Shown: positions 7,269-14,065 of the stretch, piece after piece
Layout: each line of letters opens with the position of its first letter
How positions within the stretch are numbered: position 1 is the stretch's first letter
NCBI GenBank assembly: GCA_049967655.1
Contig: JBMFSH010000054.1
Span: 1-14,066, forward strand
Direction of reading: 5' to 3'
Length of the DNA: 14,066 nucleotides
DNA from: Acidobacteriota bacterium
GTDB lineage: Bacteria > Acidobacteriota > UBA4820 > DSQY01
Made by a program: the position numbers and the translations under genes
Notes under the pieces: model-generated
The model's input: only the letters and a program-made list of their open reading frames with translations
The model's database searches: none
Told to the model about the DNA's origin: nothing

Positions 7269-7640
7269 TCAGACACCGTGGGCCTCCAGGTGGGAGCGGC
7301 GCAAGGCGCTCAATTGCTTGGCCATCAGTTCTGCCTCCGAGCGGAATGATGCGAGTGCGGCCTCATCTAGGTAGCCGAGGTCCACGGCCACATCCAGTTG
7401 GCAGAGAACTTCCATTAGCGAACCATAAGCCATTTCGAAGAAGTGAGCCTTGTCCTTGGGACCCGTTCGGGCGCTCCCTTCGGCGATGTTGGACACGATC
7501 GAGATGGACGCCCTTCTGAGCTGTTGGGCGAGGCCGTAGATCTCGTGAGGCGGAAAGCCCGAAGTGCGGTCGTAAACCAGCTTGACCAAGTGGCGTCCCC
7601 TGCTGTAAACCTCCAAACCTTCAAAAGTGAACTTCGTCAT
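7269..7640 (-). CDS. Four helix bundle protein (23S rRNA intervening-sequence protein / TIGR02436 family), 123 aa
   Basis: MTKFTFEGLEVY...FPPHEIYGLAQQLRRASISIVSNIAEGSAR...FFEMAYGSLMEVLCQLDVAVDLGYL matches the family signature (FP.EE.YGL..Q.RR...S...NIAEG...A.GS..E...QL....LGY). The extension to 7679 in the ORF track is just translated repeat. Confidence 0.93.
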   Translation of the reverse strand: MTKFTFEGLEVYSRGRHLVKLVYDRTSGFPPHEIYGLAQQLRRASISIVSNIAEGSARTGPKDKAHFFEMAYGSLMEVLCQLDVAVDLGYLDEAALASFRSEAELMAKQLSALRRSHLEAHGV

Positions 7641-7681
7641 CCACCCTCCACTCTCCACCCTCCACCCTCCACCCTCCACTA
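7640..7681. repeat. Heptamer tandem array (TCCACYC x6), upstream arm of an inverted-repeat pair
   Basis: TCCACCC TCCACTC TCCACCC TCCACCC TCCACCC TCCACTA fills the whole intergenic space, from the permease TAG to the A of the next ATG. Confidence 0.92.
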
Positions 7682-8965
7682 CCTAAGCGCTTCCACGGGG
7701 TCGAGCTTGGCGGCGCGGCGGGCGGGCTGGACGCCGAAGAGGAGGCCCACGCCGGTGGAGAAGAGGGCCGCGTAGGCGAAGGTCCTCCACGACACGGCCA
7801 TGGGCATCATGGGGAACAGCCGGGGGATCAGCAGGACGGGGACCAGGCCGAGCAGCACTCCCAGGATCATGCCGAAGAGGCTCACCAGCACAGACTCCGA
7901 GAGGAATTCCACGAGGATGTCACTCTGGCGGGCTCCGAGGGCCCGCTTGAGGCCGATCTCGGGGACGCGCTCGGAGAGCGAGAGGAGAAGGATGTTCATG
8001 AGCACCACGCCACCCACCAGGAGGGCCACGAGGGCGAGGGCCGCGCCGACGAGCTCGGTGGTTCTCGCCATGGACTGGACGCGCTGGGCGATGAAGTCGG
8101 GCGTGATGATGCGGAAGTCATCCTGCTCGGGCGGCACGATGCGGTGCCTCTGCCGAAGGAGCTGCGTGATCTGCTCCACGACGCTGGCGACCTTGTAGTC
8201 CGGCCGGACCTTGAGGCGGATGAAGCGGATGTAGTCCTGGTGGAAGACGCGGTTCATCCCCGTGGAAAGCGGGATCCAGATGCGGTCGTCCTGGTCGAAG
8301 CCCATCATGCTGGTGCCCTTGGTGGCCAGGAGGCCCTTGACGACGAAGGGGACGTTGTTGATGAAGAGGTGCTTGCCGATGGGGTCCTCGGCGCCGAAGA
8401 GGTTCGTCGCCACGGTCGTGCCCAGCACGGCCACGCGGGCCATGGAGCGTTCGTCGTCGCTGTCGATGGGCTCGCCCGCCTGGACGTACCAGTCGAAGGC
8501 CTCCGAGTAGTCCGGCGTGGAGCAGACGACGTGCGTCTGGGTGCCCACGCCGCCCGCCTTCACGTTGGCGTCGCCCGAGAAGATGCCGGGCGCCACCACC
8601 GCCTCGTAGCCGTACTGGGCCTGGATGGCCTGGGCGTCCTGGAGCTTGAGGGTGGTGCCGGCCTCGGCCCGTCCCCCCGCCCCGTGCAGTTGCCCGCCGC
8701 CGGCGAAGACCATGACGGAGCGGGGGCCGAAGAAGGCGGTGATCTGGTCGATGCGGTTCTGGACGCCCGCGCTGAGCCCCACGACGGCCGTCAGCAGCAT
8801 GATGCCCACCGCCGTGCCGATCATCATCAGGAAGGCCTTGGCCTTCTGGCTCCAGAGCGCGCCCGCGGCGTGGCGGGCAAGGCGCAGCATACGCGCGGGC
8901 CGAAGCCCTGCACTGTGGGATCGGCGGGCGGTGGTCACATCCAGGGCGATATCCGCGGCGCTCAT
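7679..8965 (-). CDS. ABC transporter permease, MacB/FtsX family (no fused NBD), 428 aa
   Basis: KAKAFLMMIGTAVGIMLLTAV (TM1), periplasmic domain with RVAVLGTTVATNLFG..DPIGK, then VGGVVLMNILLLSLSERVPEIGLKRALGA...ILVEFLSES and PARRAAKLDPVEALR. It starts 3 nt after the ATPase stop. Confidence 0.93.
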   Translation of the reverse strand: MSAADIALDVTTARRSHSAGLRPARMLRLARHAAGALWSQKAKAFLMMIGTAVGIMLLTAVVGLSAGVQNRIDQITAFFGPRSVMVFAGGGQLHGAGGRAEAGTTLKLQDAQAIQAQYGYEAVVAPGIFSGDANVKAGGVGTQTHVVCSTPDYSEAFDWYVQAGEPIDSDDERSMARVAVLGTTVATNLFGAEDPIGKHLFINNVPFVVKGLLATKGTSMMGFDQDDRIWIPLSTGMNRVFHQDYIRFIRLKVRPDYKVASVVEQITQLLRQRHRIVPPEQDDFRIITPDFIAQRVQSMARTTELVGAALALVALLVGGVVLMNILLLSLSERVPEIGLKRALGARQSDILVEFLSESVLVSLFGMILGVLLGLVPVLLIPRLFPMMPMAVSWRTFAYAALFSTGVGLLFGVQPARRAAKLDPVEALR

Positions 8966-8968
8966 GGC

Positions 8969-9646
8969 TCAGTTCCTGCGCTCGTCGCTCGCCACCGCCC
9001 CGTCCTTGAGGGTGATGACGCGCTGGGCGTGGGCGGCCACGTCGGGTTCGTGCGTGACCATGACGATGGTCCGGCCCTCGCGGTGGATGCGGTCGAAGAT
9101 TTCGAGGATCTCTCCGCTGGCCACCGAGTCGAGGTTACCCGTGGGCTCGTCGGCCAGGATGATGGAGGGCTCGTTGACCAGCGCCCTCGCGATGGCGACG
9201 CGCTGCTGCTGTCCGCCGGAGAGGGCGTTGGGCTTGAAGCTCATGCGCTCGGCCAGCCCCACGGACTGGAGCAGGGCCTTGGCCCGCTCCTTGGCGTCCG
9301 GCGGGTAGGGTTCGGTGTAGAGGAAGGGGAGCAGGACGTTCTGGAGGACGCTCACCCGGGGAAGCAGGTGGAAGAGCTGGAAGACGAAGCCGATGCGCTT
9401 GTTCCGGATGGCCGAGAGGCCGTTGTCGTCCAGGGTGGTGAGGTCCTGCCCCGCCAGCTTGTAGGAGCCGCCGGTGGGCCGGTCGAGGAGCCCCAGGATG
9501 TTCATGAGGGTGCTCTTGCCCGTGCCCGAGGGTCCCATGAGGGCCACGAACTCCCCCTCCTCCACGGTGAAGTTGATGCCGTGGAGGACCGGCGTCTCCA
9601 CGCCGCCGGTGAGGTAGGTTTTAACGATGTTGCTCAGTTCGATCAT
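8969..9646 (-). CDS. ABC transporter ATP-binding protein, MacB/LolD-like NBD, 225 aa
   Basis: Walker A GPSGTGKST, Q-loop IGFVFQ, signature LSGGQQQRVAIARAL, Walker B IILADEPTGNLD, H-switch VTH. ATG at 9646 has AAGGA upstream. Confidence 0.96.
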   Translation of the reverse strand: MIELSNIVKTYLTGGVETPVLHGINFTVEEGEFVALMGPSGTGKSTLMNILGLLDRPTGGSYKLAGQDLTTLDDNGLSAIRNKRIGFVFQLFHLLPRVSVLQNVLLPFLYTEPYPPDAKERAKALLQSVGLAERMSFKPNALSGGQQQRVAIARALVNEPSIILADEPTGNLDSVASGEILEIFDRIHREGRTIVMVTHEPDVAAHAQRVITLKDGAVASDERRN

Positions 9647-9689
9647 GGTACGTTCCTTACGCCTTGCGGATGATAGGAGCCGTTGGGAG

Positions 9690-9723
9690 GGAGGGAAACC
9701 ACTCCGTCGGAGCTCTTCCCTCC
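9690..9723. other. Intergenic imperfect stem-loop between adaptor and ATPase genes
   Basis: GGAGGGAA-acca-CTCC-gtc-GGAG-ctc-TTCCCTCC: 8-bp outer stem, internal loop and 4-bp inner stem, with no U-tract. Confidence 0.45.
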
Positions 9724-9728
9724 GCCGT

Positions 9729-10805
9729 TCACATCTGCGTTTCGGGGCCGCTCCGGCCGCCCGGCACGAAGACCTTGTCGCCCGCCGAGAGGCCCGCCTT
9801 GATCTGCACGTAGTCACCCGACTCGCGGCCGAGGGTGACGGGCCTCTGGACGAGCCCCTTGCCGTTTCCGCTCGGGATCATGACGAAACTCTTCCCGTTT
9901 TCTCGCTTGACGGCCCGCATGGGGATAGCGAGGACGCCGTTGAGGGTGTTGAGGGTGATGGTCACGTTGGCGGTCATGGTGGGCCGCAGCAGCCCCACGA
10001 AGGAGTCGCTGATGCCGATGATGACGTCGTAGTTGACCACGTTGTCCTGGATCACGGCCTGCGGGTGGATGGCCTCGACCTTCCCTCTGAAGGTCTTGTT
10101 CGGGTAGGCGTCCACGGTGAAGGAGGCCTCCTGGCCGACCTTGACGCCGCCGATGTCCACCTCGTCCACGTAGGCGTCCACCTCCAGGCGCGTGGGATCG
10201 AGGATGGTCACGAAGGTGGGCGCGTTGAAGGTGGCTGCGACCGTGGAGCCCTCCTGGGTGGCGACCGACTCCACGACGCCGTCGATGGGGGCCCTCACGA
10301 TGGCGTAGGAGTATTGGATCTTGGCGTAGTCCAGCTGGGCCTTCGCCTTGTTGACGTTGGCCACGGCCGAGTCGCGGTTCTGGCGGGCCACGTCCACGGA
10401 GTCCTGGGAGACGTAGCCCTTGGGCAGGAGGGCCACCTGCCGGTCGTAGTTGGCTTGGGCGTACACCTCGGCGGCCTTGGCCGCGGCGAGGCTCGCCTGG
10501 GCGCTGGCCACGTTGGCCTCCAGGTCCTTCTCCTCCAGGACGCCCAGGATCTCGCCCTTCTTGACCACGTCGCCGATCTGCACGTAGAGCTTTTTGAGCG
10601 TGCCGGAGACGCGGGGTCCCACGGGCACCTCGGCGCCGACGCGGGGCGTCACGGCGCCCGTAGCGATGACTTGGGCAGGCAGGTTCATCTCTTTCACGGG
10701 GACGAGGTTCCCCGGCGGGGTCGGGTTACCGTGCTTGCAGGCGCCCAACAGCGCCAGGCCCACGATCAGCGAAGGGGCCAGCAGGGATCGGCGAGAGAGG
10801 CTCAT
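9729..10805 (-). CDS. Periplasmic adaptor / membrane fusion protein (MacA-like), probable lipoprotein, 358 aa
   Basis: ATG at 10805 overlaps the TolC stop (ATGA). Lipobox-like LLGA-C; ATGAV.P...V.VG.RVSG.L..LYV..GD.VKKG; an alpha-hairpin; IVRAPIDGVV; VDEVDIGGVKVGQ..SFTVDAYP; LRPTMTANV; GLSAGDKV. Confidence 0.94.
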   Translation of the reverse strand: MSLSRRSLLAPSLIVGLALLGACKHGNPTPPGNLVPVKEMNLPAQVIATGAVTPRVGAEVPVGPRVSGTLKKLYVQIGDVVKKGEILGVLEEKDLEANVASAQASLAAAKAAEVYAQANYDRQVALLPKGYVSQDSVDVARQNRDSAVANVNKAKAQLDYAKIQYSYAIVRAPIDGVVESVATQEGSTVAATFNAPTFVTILDPTRLEVDAYVDEVDIGGVKVGQEASFTVDAYPNKTFRGKVEAIHPQAVIQDNVVNYDVIIGISDSFVGLLRPTMTANVTITLNTLNGVLAIPMRAVKRENGKSFVMIPSGNGKGLVQRPVTLGRESGDYVQIKAGLSAGDKVFVPGGRSGPETQM

Positions 10806-12238
10806 GGCTTGGTTTCTCCCATGGGATGAGGTCCGGAAGAGAGGGCGGGGATGTCCCCCGCGGTGACGGAGGTGGAGGGCAGCTCGGCGTCCTGGAGCAG
10901 GTCCACGCCGGTGGTCCGGTCCCAGGTCGCTTGCGCCGTCAGGACGGAGAGGCGGGCCGAAACGAGCTGATACTTCGCATTCTGGAGCGCCGTAGTGGCA
11001 TCCACCACGTTGGTCATGGAGCCCAGACCATTCTTGTACTGGCCCTCCGCCACGTTGGCGTTCTCCACGGCGCTCTTCACGAGGGATTCGGCGGCCTTCA
11101 CCGACTCGACGGCGGTCTCGAGCTGGGTCCGGGCGTCGTAGGCGCTCTTCTCGGAGGTGAGCTGGGTCTCCCGCAGGCTCATCTTGGAGCCCTCCCAGGA
11201 CTCCTTGGCCTGAACCACCTGCCAGGTGCGCGCAAAGCCCGTGAAGAGGGGGATGTGCACCGTCAGGCCCACGCTCCAATCCTCCAGGTTCGGCCACTGG
11301 CCGCTGTCGAAGCGGCCGTAGGAGCCGTCCACCGTGACGGTGGGTCTGTAGGCGACCTCGGCCTGCCTCAGGGCGAACCGGAAGGACTCGCTGTTCTCGA
11401 AGGCGGCCTTGATCTCGGGGAGGGTGGCCATGGCACGCTCCTTTCCGCTCTGCCAGTCGGGCAGACCGGGAAGCGGGGCGTTCTGATCCGAGCCCTGGAT
11501 CTCGAAGGAGGAGTCGGCCGGGAGGCCCATGAGGACGGCCAGGGCGGCTCGCCCGCTGGTGACCGCGCTCTTGGCCTGAATCACGCCGAGGGCGGCGTTG
11601 GCGTTGGCGGTGGCCGCCTGGAGCACGTCCGACCGGGGCACCAGGCCGTGATCGAACTGGGCCTGCGCCATGTCCAGGTGAAACTGGGTCTGCTTGGCCG
11701 TGTCCTCAGCCACCTGGAGGCTCCACTGGGCGCCCTCCAGGGTGTAGTAGGCGCTCTCCACGGAGAGGGCCAGGTCCTGGACGGTCGCCTTGAACTGGTA
11801 GTCGCTGGAGGCATAGTTCGCCTTGGCCCCTTCGACGGAGGCCTTTCGCTGGCCCGAATCCCAGAGCGTGTATTGAGTGGAAAGGGCGGCGCTGTCGCTC
11901 GTGGCAGTCGAGGATGTGCCCGGCAGCCTATACGTGCCGCTGGAAGGTTCCGTGTAGGAGCGGCTCAGGCTGCCCGAGAGGTTCAGCGTCGGCCAGTAGG
12001 CGCTCTGAGCGCTGCCGATGCGGGCCATGGCGGCCCGCCCCGAGTGCAATAAAGCGGCGGCGTTGGGGTTCCGCGCTACGGCCAGCCGGACGCACTCTTG
12101 CAGGCTTAGGGGATGATCGGGAAGGGGCGGAGGCGCCTCGCCCGGCGAGGCGACGGCCGTGCCGAGCCCCAGCATCAGAGCCGAGACGAGGACCGCTGCC
12201 CGGCGGACACGGGGAAGGGGTTTCGCGGGTCGGATCAC
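10802..12238 (-). CDS. TolC-family outer membrane efflux protein, 478 aa
   Basis: Signal peptide, LSLQECVRLAVARNP, duplicated OEP repeats (YWPTLNLSGS / YRPTVTVDGS; YTLWDSG / IPLFTGF; QFDHGLVPRSDVLQA / QYKNGLGSMTNVVDA). The GTG start overlaps the upstream stop (GTGA). Confidence 0.94.
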   Translation of the reverse strand: MIRPAKPLPRVRRAAVLVSALMLGLGTAVASPGEAPPPLPDHPLSLQECVRLAVARNPNAAALLHSGRAAMARIGSAQSAYWPTLNLSGSLSRSYTEPSSGTYRLPGTSSTATSDSAALSTQYTLWDSGQRKASVEGAKANYASSDYQFKATVQDLALSVESAYYTLEGAQWSLQVAEDTAKQTQFHLDMAQAQFDHGLVPRSDVLQAATANANAALGVIQAKSAVTSGRAALAVLMGLPADSSFEIQGSDQNAPLPGLPDWQSGKERAMATLPEIKAAFENSESFRFALRQAEVAYRPTVTVDGSYGRFDSGQWPNLEDWSVGLTVHIPLFTGFARTWQVVQAKESWEGSKMSLRETQLTSEKSAYDARTQLETAVESVKAAESLVKSAVENANVAEGQYKNGLGSMTNVVDATTALQNAKYQLVSARLSVLTAQATWDRTTGVDLLQDAELPSTSVTAGDIPALSSGPHPMGETKP

Positions 12239-12693
12239 TTGTGCTTCTCCTCGTTGGACAGGGGGGGGCGGTGGTCCCGTTCCTGGACTCGCCGCCGGAT
12301 GTGGTCAAAAAACTGGCGCTGTTGCTCGGGGGTCAGGAGACGTTTCTGCTCCAGCAGGTGACGGGTGAGCATTTGGACGATCTGGCCCTGCACGGCCACG
12401 ATCCTTGCCTGCTGGTCTGCGATCGCCTGGGGAGAGGGCTGATCGGAGGCGAGAAGGTCCAGGAGCTTGGCCCTCTGTGCCGCCAATTGGGATTCCATGG
12501 GCAGCAGTTGCCGCCGAAAGGCCCTGTAGTTCGCCTCGACTCGGGCCCGGACATCGGCCGGCAGGGCCATGTCCCTGCCGGGCCGAGGACGGCGCGCGTG
12601 GCCGTACCAGTGGACCGCGTAGGCCGTCAGGAACCCGGCGTTCAGGCAGAGGGAGGCGGCCAGGAGAATGCCCTTCCAGCTTCGGGGGATCAT
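12235..12693 (-). CDS. Periplasmic Spy/CpxP/CnrX-like (Metal_resist, LTxxQ-motif) protein, 152 aa
   Basis: N-terminal anchor with ASLCLN, a long amphipathic helical body and LLTPEQ near the C-terminus. ATGA overlap with the anti-sigma stop. Confidence 0.85.
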   Translation of the reverse strand: MIPRSWKGILLAASLCLNAGFLTAYAVHWYGHARRPRPGRDMALPADVRARVEANYRAFRRQLLPMESQLAAQRAKLLDLLASDQPSPQAIADQQARIVAVQGQIVQMLTRHLLEQKRLLTPEQQRQFFDHIRRRVQERDHRPPLSNEEKHK

Positions 12694-13139
12694 CGGGCCT
12701 CACCAGGGTTCGAAGCGGGGCTGACCACGCTGACGTAGGCGATTTCCACCGATCCGGAGGGCAGTCCGGAGAGGGCCTCCTGATAGGTGGAGGCCATCCC
12801 ACCGGGAGAGGGCGGGGAGGAAGGCGAGAACCAGTGTCCGCCCATCAAATAACCGAGAGACAGGGCACCCAGCACCAGGACCGCGGCCACGCCCCAGCGC
12901 CAGGCGAGATCCCAGGCGACCCGGCGGGCCGGCAGCGCGGCGAGCACCGAGGGGGCCAGATCCCGGAAGGGCGGCAGGGGCATCCCGCCGGCGAGTTGGG
13001 CCAAGAGTACGCCGTGTCTCCGATACTCCTCCGCACAGCCGGGGCACGAAAGGAGGTGATCCGAGAGGGCGGGATCGAGCGCCCCATCGACCGGGCCCCC
13101 GAGCGCGGAGATCCTCTTTCTTGCCGCTCTGCACCGCAT
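12690..13139 (-). CDS. Membrane-anchored anti-sigma factor with zf-HC2 (ZAS) motif, 149 aa
   Basis: MRC...HLLSCPGC (HxxxCxxC), a single TM (WGVAAVLVLGALSLGYLMG) and a short periplasmic tail. Strong SD GAGGAGG; directly downstream of the ECF sigma gene. Confidence 0.88.
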   Translation of the reverse strand: MRCRAARKRISALGGPVDGALDPALSDHLLSCPGCAEEYRRHGVLLAQLAGGMPLPPFRDLAPSVLAALPARRVAWDLAWRWGVAAVLVLGALSLGYLMGGHWFSPSSPPSPGGMASTYQEALSGLPSGSVEIAYVSVVSPASNPGEAR

Positions 13140-13159
13140 GGCTTCCTCCTCAGGTTGGC

Positions 13160-13187
13160 TTAACGGGCGGGATCGGAAAATCCTTCG
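13160..13187 (-). promoter_or_regulatory. Candidate ECF-dependent promoter inside the 3' end of the sigma gene
   Basis: The minus strand reads CGAAGGATTT-N12-CGTTAA. It has an ECF-like CGT -10 core and the same spacing as the motif at 13872-13899. Confidence 0.5.
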
Positions 13188-13759
13188 GCGCGCGGCGCCG
13201 GTCCCTCCGGGGAGAGCGCGGCGCCGAGGCCCTCGCGAAGCGCCGACCTGGCTCGCGAAAGCAGGGACTCCACGGCCTTGGGCGAGGTCTCCAGAAGGTC
13301 GGCCACCTCCCGGACGCTCAGCCCTTCCATGTGGAAGAGGACGACGGCCATGCGCTGGGCCGGGGGGAGCCGGGAGAGGGCGGAGGAGAGGGCCCGCCGC
13401 CGCTCCGCTGCGTGGAGTTCCGCCTCGGGGTTCTGCGAGCCCGCCGGCTCCAGATCGTCCATGAGGACCAGAGGACGGGCTTTGCGCCGCCGGTCGAGGC
13501 AGAGGTGGACGGTTAAGGTCCGCAGGAAGGCGGGCAGGGGCTTGTCCGGATGGTAGCGGGGCGCGGCGCCCCAGAGGCGGAGGAAGACCTCCTGGGCCAC
13601 GTCCTCCGCCTCGCTTCGATCGCCCAGGAACCGGTAGGCGATGGCCAGGACGGCGTGCTGATGGCGCCGGATCAGGGCCGCGAAGGCTTCGCGGCGGCCC
13701 CGGCCCGTATGGGCCATGAGCAGGGCATCGTCGGAGTCCGCCACTTCATCCGGGGCCAT
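13160..13759 (-). CDS. RNA polymerase sigma-70 factor, ECF subfamily, 199 aa
   Basis: Region 2: AFAALIRRHQ...AYRFLGDRSEAEDVAQEVFLRLW...CLDRRRK. Region 4: LSRLPPAQRMAVVLFHMEGLSVREVADLLETSPKAVESLLSRAR. ATG at 13759 has AGAGGA upstream. Confidence 0.95.
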   Translation of the reverse strand: MAPDEVADSDDALLMAHTGRGRREAFAALIRRHQHAVLAIAYRFLGDRSEAEDVAQEVFLRLWGAAPRYHPDKPLPAFLRTLTVHLCLDRRRKARPLVLMDDLEPAGSQNPEAELHAAERRRALSSALSRLPPAQRMAVVLFHMEGLSVREVADLLETSPKAVESLLSRARSALREGLGAALSPEGPAPRAEGFSDPAR

Positions 13760-13871
13760 GAGTCCTCTTTCCCCCGTCCCAGCCTCGCGCACGGAGCGCG
13801 GCTGTCTGCCGCGACCCTGGTGGTGCGATGCATCGCGTCCGGGCTGGTGGGCCAGCAGGAAAGCACCATTG

Positions 13872-13899
13872 TAAGCGTCTTTGCCGAGGAAGTCCTGCG
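13872..13899 (-). promoter_or_regulatory. Candidate promoter upstream of the ECF sigma gene
   Basis: The minus strand reads CGCAGGACTT-N12-CGCTTA, matching the internal motif. It overlaps a sigma70-like TACAAT at 13873-13868. Confidence 0.45.
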
Positions 13900-13902
13900 C
13901 CG

Positions 13903-13938
13903 CGCGGTCGGGCCTCGCGGTCGGGCCTCGCGGTCGGG
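13903..13938. repeat. 13-bp tandem repeat, ~2.8 copies
   Basis: CGCGGTCGGGCCT CGCGGTCGGGCCT CGCGGTCGGG; the copies are exact. Confidence 0.85.
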
Positions 13939-14017
13939 TGATCGCTCTCGTCACCGAGGGGCTGGCTTATGCCTCTCCAAAATCGACCGCCTTGCCGGCT
14001 CCGAACCACGGCTGGGT

Positions 14018-14065
14018 CTAGGCCGCGCCTTTGGCGCGGCGCTGGGGGCCTTCGCCGGGCGCGTC
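14018..14065 (-). CDS. Possible 3' end of an upstream gene (partial, ...DAPGEGPQRRAKGAA*)
   Basis: An open frame from the window edge with strongly G/C-ending codons ends in TAG at 14020-14018. It is too short to verify. Confidence 0.3.
   Translation of the reverse strand, partial: DAPGEGPQRRAKGAA

Larger units (their letters stand above)
7210..7681 (-). mobile_element. Putative inserted cassette: four-helix-bundle gene between inverted heptamer arrays
   Basis: It interrupts a two-permease ABC operon and is bounded by inverted arrays. A hand count gives 58% GC over 7321-7620 versus 65-78% in three sampled 60-nt lines of the flanking permeases. No transposase or target-site duplication is seen, so mobility is inferred. 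Confidence 0.45.

Noticed and set aside
7269..7640. DGR accessory gene (avd) or true rRNA intervening sequence
   Set aside because: No reverse transcriptase, template/variable repeat pair or rRNA sequence is seen in the window.
10806..11297. N-terminal extension making the adaptor 522 aa
   Set aside because: It overlaps TolC out of frame. The ATG at 10805 gives an ATGA overlap and a proper lipoprotein signal.
5469..12052. Long plus-strand ORFs (5469-7193, 8144-9673, 9627-10829, 10826-12052)
   Set aside because: They are antisense shadows of well-supported minus-strand genes, expected with high GC3 codon bias, and carry no recognisable motifs.
13760..13954. 65-aa N-terminal extension of the ECF sigma
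   Set aside because: It runs through the tandem repeat and promoter-like region. The ATG at 13759 has an SD and gives a normal ECF length.
14022..14040. Hairpin GCCGCGCC-TTT-GGCGCGGC as a terminator
   Set aside because: There is no U-tract on either side, and it probably lies within the tail of an upstream CDS. Such stems arise easily at this GC content.
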